From sequence record MN563784.1: DNA of 64,000 bases. One strand, given 5' to 3'. The position numbers and the translations under genes were made by a program. Positions 27,993 through 35,843 of the stretch are shown in pieces; position 1 is the first letter of the stretch, and the number at the start of each line of letters is the position of its first letter. Below the pieces are notes generated by a model. That model saw nothing but the letters and a program-made list of their open reading frames with translations, was not told the DNA's origin and ran no database searches.

Positions 27993-28277
27993 ATGGCAAA
28001 CGAATGCACTCCCGGTGTCTGGGATACACTAGTTGACTCGACAAAAGAAACTGAAAACCTACGTATCCGTTCCCAACTCATGCGGGCTCTCACCCGTACT
28101 ATAAAGGGCTGGGATCTTCCGCAAAAAGACGCTGCTGCTCGCCTACATGTTACGCAACCGAGATTGAATGATCTTCTCAAAGGCAAGATTGACAAGTTCT
28201 CTCTGGACGCCCTGGTAAACCTACTGGACGCGGCTGATCTGACTCTTGAGATATCAGTGATCCCACGTGCAGTATAA
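27993..28277 (+). CDS. XRE-family HTH protein, HigA-like antitoxin/regulator (no toxin gene alongside)
   Basis: VWDTL...ENLRIRSQLMRAL...LPQKDAAARLHVTQPRLNDLLKGKIDKFSLDALVNL matches the proteobacterial HTH_37/HigA-type pattern; 140/285 nt (about 49%) GC by hand count. Confidence 0.85.
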   Translation: MANECTPGVWDTLVDSTKETENLRIRSQLMRALTRTIKGWDLPQKDAAARLHVTQPRLNDLLKGKIDKFSLDALVNLLDAADLTLEISVIPRAV

Positions 28278-28340
28278 ACCATGGGGACGCAGCTTGATAC
28301 GGCCACCGGGTGGTTTCATGACAGCAAGGAAATAAAGAAA

Positions 28341-28568
28341 ATGACAACTGATAAAAAGTTTAGTATTAAAGAACTCGGATGGGAAAAAGCCACTAATCTA
28401 CCCGATGGTGAATACTACACTATTCCTAAACATGGACCACAAAACTGGCGGTATGATCGCAAGATTATCAAAACCAAGAACAGTGTAAAACTGGTAAATG
28501 AACCAGATTATAGCTGGTCAGCCCCATTCTTTTTCGAGGCAAATAACTTGTTAATCGAAGAACCATGA
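28341..28568 (+). CDS. Hypothetical protein (paralog of 27722-27985)
   Basis: Start moved to ATG 28341 (RBS AAGGA); NLPDGEYYTIPKHGP...YDRKI. Confidence 0.65.
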   Translation: MTTDKKFSIKELGWEKATNLPDGEYYTIPKHGPQNWRYDRKIIKTKNSVKLVNEPDYSWSAPFFFEANNLLIEEP

Positions 28569-28726
28569 CTATGAAACGATCACCAGGTTATTTTAAAAGA
28601 GTAGTAAAAGAACTAACTGAGCGAGAGAACATTATACATCAGAAAGTTCTTAAATACATCAATGATAATCCGAATATTTCTTATAAAGAAGCACGTCAGA
28701 TAGTAACTAAGGAGATTATAAAGTGA
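28565..28726 (+). CDS. 53-aa basic protein (not in ORF track)
   Basis: MTMKRSPGYFKRVVKELTERENIIHQKVLKYINDNPNISYKEARQIVTKEIIK; 4-nt start/stop overlaps with both neighbours. Confidence 0.6.
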   Translation: MTMKRSPGYFKRVVKELTERENIIHQKVLKYINDNPNISYKEARQIVTKEIIK

Positions 28727-28935
28727 CTATTTCAATTCCTGCATCAGTTCGTGGTGAGTTTGGAATTTATTACAAAAACAATAAGAATCTTCGCCTGGGT
28801 CAGGCATGGCATAATTACATGCGTCTTGAAAATATCCAAAATGAAATGGATAAAGAATGGGCTGATAAACTCTGGAATGCTTCTGATAAAGAAGCAGCTG
28901 ACATGGTTGATGAAGCCACTAATTGGACTATGTAA
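28723..28935 (+). CDS. Hypothetical protein
   Basis: 70 aa, GTG start with RBS TAAGGAG; LRLGQAW motif. Confidence 0.65.
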   Translation: MTISIPASVRGEFGIYYKNNKNLRLGQAWHNYMRLENIQNEMDKEWADKLWNASDKEAADMVDEATNWTM

Positions 28936-28974
28936 CTAAACAATATTCAATATAGTAAATAAGGAGAAATACAA

Positions 28975-29118
28975 ATGACCAATGAAGAAATTATCGCAGA
29001 TGAAAGTAAATGGGCCGATGACAGTGAGGCGGTCGGCTGTGAACCAGTTGATCTGTTTATTGATTTTTACTGGGTAGAGCCCGCTCATCATACCCAAGAA
29101 GGAAAAGAGGATAATTAA
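28975..29118 (+). CDS. 47-aa strongly acidic protein (not in ORF track)
   Basis: MTNEEIIADESKWADDSEAVGCEPVDLFIDFYWVEPAHHTQEGKEDN; RBS TAAGGAG. Confidence 0.65.
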   Translation: MTNEEIIADESKWADDSEAVGCEPVDLFIDFYWVEPAHHTQEGKEDN

Positions 29119-29119
29119 C

Positions 29120-29395
29120 ATGGGTGAATATACACAGAATGGTATTCGTTATTTTCGTCCGGATGATACCGAAGATACCTTTTATGTCTTGGGTGATTGT
29201 TATGTGGCCAATACTATCGCCGATATTATCAAGATGGCAACTAAGAAATGGGGTGATGGTATTACTCTTGATATGATTAATATCAGTACTGAATATATCC
29301 ATACAAGTTGTCTAGGGTATGATGAGTACGACCCTAGCGATTATAGTAATTATCTATGCATCTCTCGTATTAGGGAACCATCGCTGGTTAAATAA
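29120..29395 (+). CDS. Hypothetical protein
   Basis: 91 aa, RBS GAGGA. Confidence 0.68.
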   Translation: MGEYTQNGIRYFRPDDTEDTFYVLGDCYVANTIADIIKMATKKWGDGITLDMINISTEYIHTSCLGYDEYDPSDYSNYLCISRIREPSLVK

Positions 29396-29408
29396 ATCAA
29401 CGACATAA

Positions 29409-29436
29409 GCCCTCTCCTTCGGGAGAGGGCATTTAT
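29409..29436 (+). terminator. Intrinsic terminator
   Basis: GCCCTCTCC-TTCG-GGAGAGGGC then ATTTATT. Confidence 0.75.
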
Positions 29437-29560
29437 TCAGTTAAACATTTAAGAATAAAAGAATTAGCCCTACTGCTGCAACAGTAGGGCTATATGCCGT
29501 TGAGTAAAAAATACTCAACATTTTCGCCCAAATGGGCTTGGATTAACAAGAGGAACCATC

Positions 29561-29866
29561 ATGTTAATTCCAGTTACCGCTAACAATGTTAGCCCTGACC
29601 TGCACAGAATGCAGGATGTGGGTTTCTTTTTCAAGAGACCCGATGGATCAACCCATAGCATGTCAGTTGCGAAAATACACGCTGATAATGTTATCCAATG
29701 TCGAGATCGTAAAGGTCACTTCATTGGTTATTGGGCTGGTCCTACGATAGGATACGTCAACAACGCAAGTTTAGCCGTATCCATCAACCCCTTCGACAAT
29801 TTCATAGTAACGGACACTGACATGGATCAGAAGAAGTTCTATGTAACCGAAAGGAGAAGCCTATGA
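29561..29866 (+). CDS. Hypothetical protein
   Basis: 101 aa, RBS GAGGA. Confidence 0.68.
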   Translation: MLIPVTANNVSPDLHRMQDVGFFFKRPDGSTHSMSVAKIHADNVIQCRDRKGHFIGYWAGPTIGYVNNASLAVSINPFDNFIVTDTDMDQKKFYVTERRSL

Positions 29867-29874
29867 TAAACAAC

Positions 29875-30500
29875 CCCTCTCCTTCAGGAGAGGGACTTAT
29901 CTGAATTCTTTTTTTGTTTAAGTGAGAGCCGCCCGCTAAAGCGGCTCCCAAGTGGAGTTAAGTCTCCCGCTAAAGAGACACTCCAGTATACATGGGGTAG
30001 CGACTCCTCATGTAGATATCCTAATTAATCTCTTTAGCTAGTAATCAATACCAGTTATCACTCGTTGATAATTGATTTGTTTATTAACTAATTTGACTTA
30101 ATCAGAATAATCAATACATATTGTTAATAACCTAGTATATTATTACCAGTATCATTGAGTAATACTGGTAATCAAATATTACTCATGAATATTACCTAAT
30201 GTGGAACTGATGAATCGGATCGCCCCGTAGGGGCTTTTATTTCATAATAAACTATACCGAAGGTATATCCTTATTCTAATAATAAACAATATTAGCATTA
30301 TTCTAATAGCGTTAGCTAATACATACTGTCTCCCTAAAAGGAGACACAGTGTAGATTATATTTTTTTTAATTAAAAAATAATAAGTCTAGAGATAGACTT
30401 TCTTTATGCCTTTAATACCTTCTAATTTGCTCTATAATCGATTTTATTCATTATCTACTAGCATATTAGCCATACGACATAAAAGCCCTCCTATGAGGGC
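29875..30500. other. ORF-free, AT-rich block packed with inverted repeats between convergent transcription units
   Basis: At least 10 hairpins read directly, two with an identical CCGCTAAA loop; terminators at both ends. Confidence 0.75.
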
Positions 30501-30509
30501 TTAAATGCT

Positions 30510-30746
30510 TTATTTTTCATTAGTCGGATATAGGAGTACAATAGACTCTGCGCATACTTTAATAACTTGGATATTTTCACTGTCATTATTTTTTGATTGT
30601 TTATTTTTAACGCAGTATTCAAATTGTTGGGATTTGAGTTTATATACGTTATTGTTCTCTTCTCCCAGTATTCCTCCAAATACCAATCCTAGGATAAATA
30701 TTAATAAACCACCAATAAAGATAATATAAACATTACCATAGTACAT
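30510..30746 (-). CDS. Small membrane protein
   Basis: YIIFIGGLLIFILGLVFGGIL transmembrane helix. Confidence 0.65.
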   Translation of the reverse strand: MYYGNVYIIFIGGLLIFILGLVFGGILGEENNNVYKLKSQQFEYCVKNKQSKNNDSENIQVIKVCAESIVLLYPTNEK

Positions 30747-30747
30747 A

Positions 30748-31116
30748 TTACATTAACTCCTTTACATCATCTGGAATAGATTCACACCGATCTAAATCCC
30801 AGTAGATGTGTGTATAGTGATCTTGGTTTACGATACTGATAAAATCCCCATTAGGATCGGGTAATGGTTTACGGATAATATCAACGTAAATAGTGTAATA
30901 TAAATAAAGATCACTGATGAGTTCATCAATGTTTAAATTATTACCCTCTGCATATTTCCCATATTTAAAATAATGGGCTTCTTCTGCTACAGCATAACGG
31001 ATTTTATCGTAATTTTGTGATGCGGCATATACACGTGCAAATAGAGGGCGATTAAACTTTCTACATTCACTAATATTTTTTCTTAAAGTATTTACTAAAT
31101 TATCAATTGCACTCAT
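30748..31116 (-). CDS. Hypothetical protein
   Basis: 122 aa. Confidence 0.65.
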   Translation of the reverse strand: MSAIDNLVNTLRKNISECRKFNRPLFARVYAASQNYDKIRYAVAEEAHYFKYGKYAEGNNLNIDELISDLYLYYTIYVDIIRKPLPDPNGDFISIVNQDHYTHIYWDLDRCESIPDDVKELM

Positions 31117-31141
31117 TTAGATTACCTATTAAAATTATAGT

Positions 31142-31161
31142 GCTCTCCCCGAAGGGAGAGC
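31142..31161 (-). terminator. Terminator-like hairpin after the helicase gene
   Basis: Minus strand GCTCTCCC-TTCG-GGGAGAGC, preceded by AACATAAA. Confidence 0.7.
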
Positions 31162-31170
31162 TTTATGTTG

Positions 31171-32718
31171 TTAATATCCCCAGTCATCTCCACCAGTTGC
31201 TTGCATGTTACTAAGACTTGGTACGAAATCCATGTAATTGTTTTCTTCTTTATCGATATCCCATCTAATACCACCAATACGGTCTGGATCAAACGGCATA
31301 ACAAAATAGTGATGCTTACTATCACTTACAACGTTACGGTGTTTACCACGTTGTACAGTTAGATAATACTTACCACTTACTTTAACAATGTGGAAGAAGA
31401 ATTCCAGATCAGGTTCTTGCCCAAGTCGACGACAACCATCATAGTAACCTTTGTTAGCAACTTGTTTAACAAAGTCTTCTGGTGGGATATTATCCCTGAT
31501 TAGTTCTAGTGCCTGAGAACTTAACTGGTGTGGACTAAAGAATGTAATACCACGTGGCGCAGTATAATTACGCATTCGCCTAAATAGGAGACGAACGTCA
31601 TCACCTGCTACACTGGTTACTAATCCAGTTTTAGGCAACATGTTTAGATAATCTACGCAGAGATATTGTAGTTCATAACCACGTGCTTGATATGTATCTA
31701 GATAGTTAACTAAACCAGCAATCGTAAATTCAGTCGGGTCAAAACGGTACATTACTGGCTCGAAACCATTTTCACGAAGACGAGCTGATACATATTCAGC
31801 TGCTTCAGCTTTACTAATGGAACTACGATCTACCTTGATACCTGTTTCATTTTCGTAAATATACTCATAAATGAAAATAAGGTTATCCGGAATCTCATTC
31901 TCAAGAGTAATAAACATTACTAATGGTTTCTTATTGATATCACGCATGTATGGTTTATTAAATAGACATACATGACAAAATAGACTCATAGAAACGCCAG
32001 ATTTATATTGGTGTTGTAGGCCACCACCAATAATGAATTCACCACGTTTTAATGCACCTAGATCACCAAGCATACGGTTAAAGCCTTTCCATCCAGTTCG
32101 GAAAGCACCATTTGGTGAAAGAATGGTTTTAGCTTCTTCGAAGAATCCTTCAATAGAATCTAAATTACCAAAATCAAGTGCACCCATTTCAGCTGGGTGT
32201 TTCTCTTCAGCACGGGCGCGAATATATGGGTCAGCTCTGGTTGCCATTTCATTAATGATTGCCGGAATATCAGCAGAGCCTCTATTGAAAAGAATTTTTG
32301 ATGAACATTCTTTTACAATAGCTTTTACCTTTTCATCAGCTAAGTAGCTATTTAGATCACGACGATATGATGTTACACGCATAGCTAATGCCATGCCATT
32401 TGGAAATTCTTCTTCTACCGCATTTTTAACAGCATCGTATAGATAACTTTCTTCACGACAACATACTTGTAGTGATTGTAATACCTGTTGGGTAGCTGGG
32501 AAATATGTTTTCTGTTTCTTATTTAGATCCACTAGTAGATTACGAAGATCTAAAAATGTTTGTCGACCATGATCTACATCTAATGTACCACCCTTATCAT
32601 TTAGAGTATCAAGAATCTCAGTAACCAATTCATTGGATGGTTCCACTGGAGAATCTTCTCGATTTTCTAAACATAATAGAGTGATACATGAAACGAGTAA
32701 TTGTTTTGGACTTGACAT
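31171..32718 (-). CDS. dnaB: DnaB-like replicative helicase (gp118 position)
   Basis: Degenerate Walker A GGGLQHQYKS, Walker B LCVDYLNML, FFSPHQLS and LGQEPDL SF4 helicase motifs. Confidence 0.88.
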   Translation of the reverse strand: MSSPKQLLVSCITLLCLENREDSPVEPSNELVTEILDTLNDKGGTLDVDHGRQTFLDLRNLLVDLNKKQKTYFPATQQVLQSLQVCCREESYLYDAVKNAVEEEFPNGMALAMRVTSYRRDLNSYLADEKVKAIVKECSSKILFNRGSADIPAIINEMATRADPYIRARAEEKHPAEMGALDFGNLDSIEGFFEEAKTILSPNGAFRTGWKGFNRMLGDLGALKRGEFIIGGGLQHQYKSGVSMSLFCHVCLFNKPYMRDINKKPLVMFITLENEIPDNLIFIYEYIYENETGIKVDRSSISKAEAAEYVSARLRENGFEPVMYRFDPTEFTIAGLVNYLDTYQARGYELQYLCVDYLNMLPKTGLVTSVAGDDVRLLFRRMRNYTAPRGITFFSPHQLSSQALELIRDNIPPEDFVKQVANKGYYDGCRRLGQEPDLEFFFHIVKVSGKYYLTVQRGKHRNVVSDSKHHYFVMPFDPDRIGGIRWDIDKEENNYMDFVPSLSNMQATGGDDWGY

Positions 32719-32778
32719 TTTTATAGATTTCCAATTGTGAAATTAAGAGATGTACAGTGTATCATTTAGATAGCTAGT

Positions 32779-32847
32779 AATTTTAGTGAATGTATTTGCT
32801 ATATTGCTATGTAGACAGTTCCCAAAAGCCTAAAGTTACAATATAGG
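32779..32847 (+). promoter_or_regulatory. Late (nvRNAP) promoter upstream of the gp119-MCP operon, P119L-like; TATG at 32808-32811
   Basis: TATG matches the phiKZ late consensus; the surrounding sequence TTGCTATATTGCTATGTAGACAG matches my recollection of the P119L promoter. Confidence 0.7.
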
Positions 32848-32857
32848 TACTTTCACA

Positions 32858-33391
32858 ATGACCCAAGTTCTGGTTATGCCAAAAGCTGTTTTTGAATCAT
32901 ATAAAACAGCAGGTGTACAATTTAACAAATTGTTAGACACCAACTATATAGTTTCCGAAACCTCCGTAAATGATCTTGCGGAGATACATCAGGCTTTAAC
33001 TGCTTTCCCCTTTCTATTACCAGAAAAACTAGATATTAAGTTAGCAGTAAGCCCGATAATCAAAGTTGCTGAGTTAGGTGAAATAGACGGTCCTGAACAA
33101 TTTAAGATGAAGGATTTACACAATCGTTTAGAGAGCCGCCTAGCGACTAATGAACTTAGGGATGCAGGTAACCGTAATTTAGTGTACGATTATTACCTAT
33201 ATCCTGTAGATGAGAATCTGTGGGTTGCGGTGCAGCAGAGTGCGCACATTGCAAGTAGCGATCCTAGACGTGTCTCAATTCAACTTAACCATACTTTCTT
33301 TGATAGTATGATAAATGAAATGTTGAACACCCGCCCACGTGAATCCGTGGCGTCAACACAAATTTTTACCTATTATTTGGAGAGCTGCTAG
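32858..33391 (+). CDS. Head structural protein (gp119 position)
   Basis: 177 aa directly upstream of the major capsid gene. Confidence 0.7.
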   Translation: MTQVLVMPKAVFESYKTAGVQFNKLLDTNYIVSETSVNDLAEIHQALTAFPFLLPEKLDIKLAVSPIIKVAELGEIDGPEQFKMKDLHNRLESRLATNELRDAGNRNLVYDYYLYPVDENLWVAVQQSAHIASSDPRRVSIQLNHTFFDSMINEMLNTRPRESVASTQIFTYYLESC

Positions 33392-33463
33392 GTTGATTCC
33401 GGAAAAGATGCTTAGTAGACCCAAATTTTTAAACCAAAAACTCATCCTACGTAGGAATAAAAA

Positions 33464-35707
33464 ATGAGCGTACATGCCCTAAGAGAACTGTTTAAACACA
33501 AAGGCGAAAAGAATTACGAAGTCTTCTCAATGGAAGATTTCATTGGCCGCCTAGAAAGTGAAATTGGTCTAAATGACAGCGTTGTTAGTCAAGGTCGTTC
33601 CCTTATTAGCAGCATTTCACATGAAAACTTCGGTACCGTGCAAGCTACCGACATTCAAGATGCCGCTGCAATTTATAACAAAATGCAAATGCTCGTTAAC
33701 GACTATGGTTTCGAACGAGTAAGTTCCAGTGATCCTCAAGTACGTGCTCGTGAAGAACGTGTCCGTGAGAACCAAATCACTGCTGCTACCATGGCTGCTA
33801 TCGCCTGTGCTGATGAAACTAAATATATCCGTGCACTACGTGGTATTACCAAAGCTAAAGCTTCTAATGAAGATCATGTTAAGGTTGTACAGCATCAGTT
33901 CAATGGCCCTGCTGGTGGCATTCAAGTATTCGAAAATGGTGTTGGCCTAGAGAACTATAACGAGAAGTCACAGCGTGATTTCCGTGTTGTAACTATTGGT
34001 TATAACCTAGCTGCTAGCCGTCAGGATGAATTCGCTGAGCGTATCTATCCGACCACCGTTATCAACCCGATTGAAGGTGGTGTTGTTCAGGTTCTTCCTT
34101 ACATCGCTGTAATGAAAGACGTTTACCACGAAGTATCCGGCGTTAAGATGGATAACGAAGAAGTGAACATGGTAGAAGCCTATCGTGATCCTTCCATCCT
34201 CGACGACGAAAGCATTGCACTAATTCCTGCCCTAGATCCGGCTGGTTCCAATGCTGACTTCTTCGTAGACCCGGCTCTTGTTCCTCCGTACACCATCAAG
34301 AACGAGCAGAACCTAACTATCACTACTGCTCCGCTAAAAGCGAACGTACGTCTTGATCTAATGGGTAACTCCAATGCTAACCTACTCATTCAGCGTGGCA
34401 TGCTTGAAGTTTCTGACACCATTGATCCGGCTGGTCGTCTAAAGAACCTATTCGTTCTACTCGGCGGTAAAGTTGTTAAGTTCAAGGTTGACCGTCTACC
34501 TCGCGCTGTGTTCCAGCCCGATCTAGTTGGTGATACCCGGAACGCAGTTATCCGTTTCGATAGCGATGACCTTGTTGTTAGTGGCGATACCACTTTCATC
34601 GACGGTTCAGCTGATGGCGTTATTAACGACCTTAAGACTGCTAAACTAAGCCTACGTCTAAGCGTTGGTTTTGGTGGTACTATCAGCCTATCCAAAGGCG
34701 ATTCTAAGTTTGGTGCTACCGACACTTACGTCGATAAAGTTCTAAACGAAGATGGCCAGGTAATGGATAATGCTGACCCGGCTGTTAAAGCTATTCTAGA
34801 TCAGCTAACTGACCTAGCTGTTATCGGTTTCGAACTAGATACTCGCTTCACCAACACTAACCGTCGTCAGCGTGGTCACCTACTACAGACCCGTGCACTA
34901 CAGTTCCGTCATCCGATCCCGATGCACGCTCCTGTAACTCTACCGATGGACACCATGACCGATGAAGGTCCGGGTGAGGTTGTTAAAGCTCTAACTGTTA
35001 ACACCAACATCCGTAACAGCAACAACGCTGTTAAGCGCATGCTTAACTACCTTGCTCAACTACGTGAAGTTGTACACAATGGTTACAACCGTCCGAAGTT
35101 TGGTATCATCGAAGGTGCACTATCCGCTGTAATGCGTCCGACCTATCGTTACAAAGAACTAGATCTTGAGAAAGTCATCGACACCATCAAGTCTAAAGAT
35201 CGTTGGGACGACGTTTGCGCTGCGATCCTAAACTGTGTTAAAGCTGAGCTATTCCCGGCTCACCGTGATTCCAACATTGAAGCTGCCTTCCGTGTTATCT
35301 CCGGTAACCAGGATGAAACTCCGATGTATCTCTTCTGCTCCGACAAAGAGATTGCTAACTATCTAATGACTAAAGGTGACGACCGTACTCTAGGTGCTTA
35401 TCTCAAGTACGATATCGTTTCCACCAACAACCAGCTATTTGATGGTAAGCTAGTTGTAATTCCGACCCGCGCAGTACAACAAGAAAACGACATCCTCTCC
35501 TGGGGCCAGTTCTTCTACGTATCTACTGTTATCGCTGACCTACCGATCACTCGTGGTGGTCACCAGGTTACTCGCGAAATCGCGGCCATTCCGTTCAACC
35601 TACACGTCAACAACATTCCGTTCGCGCTAGAGTTCAAGATCACTGGCTTCCAGAAAGTCATGGGCGAAACTCAGTTCAACGGTAAGCTTGCTGATCTTAA
35701 GCCGTGA
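33464..35707 (+). CDS. gp120: Major capsid protein precursor
   Basis: 747 aa; propeptide with FSMED/ISHEN/VGLEN cleavage-type motifs; strongly biased codon usage; position. Confidence 0.93.
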   Translation: MSVHALRELFKHKGEKNYEVFSMEDFIGRLESEIGLNDSVVSQGRSLISSISHENFGTVQATDIQDAAAIYNKMQMLVNDYGFERVSSSDPQVRAREERVRENQITAATMAAIACADETKYIRALRGITKAKASNEDHVKVVQHQFNGPAGGIQVFENGVGLENYNEKSQRDFRVVTIGYNLAASRQDEFAERIYPTTVINPIEGGVVQVLPYIAVMKDVYHEVSGVKMDNEEVNMVEAYRDPSILDDESIALIPALDPAGSNADFFVDPALVPPYTIKNEQNLTITTAPLKANVRLDLMGNSNANLLIQRGMLEVSDTIDPAGRLKNLFVLLGGKVVKFKVDRLPRAVFQPDLVGDTRNAVIRFDSDDLVVSGDTTFIDGSADGVINDLKTAKLSLRLSVGFGGTISLSKGDSKFGATDTYVDKVLNEDGQVMDNADPAVKAILDQLTDLAVIGFELDTRFTNTNRRQRGHLLQTRALQFRHPIPMHAPVTLPMDTMTDEGPGEVVKALTVNTNIRNSNNAVKRMLNYLAQLREVVHNGYNRPKFGIIEGALSAVMRPTYRYKELDLEKVIDTIKSKDRWDDVCAAILNCVKAELFPAHRDSNIEAAFRVISGNQDETPMYLFCSDKEIANYLMTKGDDRTLGAYLKYDIVSTNNQLFDGKLVVIPTRAVQQENDILSWGQFFYVSTVIADLPITRGGHQVTREIAAIPFNLHVNNIPFALEFKITGFQKVMGETQFNGKLADLKP

Positions 35708-35788
35708 GCTGGAAAGGGTTACCGTTATCTAGAAAATGGGACTATCCGTTATTTGGAAGACGGTAATGCCCGGAAGTTAGAAGAGTAA
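35708..35788 (+). CDS. Putative stop-codon-readthrough C-terminal extension of the major capsid protein (AGKGYRYLENGTIRYLEDGNARKLEE)
   Basis: In frame with the UGA at 35705-35707; motif shared with the C-terminus of 60883-61416; ~23-bp hairpin 35716-35771; terminator only after TAA 35786-35788. Confidence 0.65.
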   Translation, partial: AGKGYRYLENGTIRYLEDGNARKLEE

Positions 35789-35797
35789 CAGACATAG

Positions 35798-35826
35798 GCC
35801 CTCCCTTCGGGGAGGGCTTTATGTTG
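35798..35826 (+). terminator. Intrinsic terminator of the capsid operon
   Basis: GCCCTCCC-TTCG-GGGAGGGC then TTTATGTTG. Confidence 0.88.
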
Positions 35827-35843
35827 TATTACATTAAAAAAAG

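Noticed and set aside
27896-28306. 136-aa antisense ORF over the HTH gene, a possible hidden toxin
   Set aside because: No RelE/HigB features; an antisense open frame is expected from the local GC rise.
29875-30500. CRISPR-like or tRNA interpretation of the hairpin block
   Set aside because: No regularly spaced identical repeats with unique spacers, and no cloverleaf or T-loop (GTTCRA) motif.
35704-35766. Alternative 20-aa ORF (GTG start, MSWKGLPLSRKWDYPLFGRR) overlapping the capsid stop
   Set aside because: No RBS and no recognisable motif; the shared repeat is only in the capsid frame.
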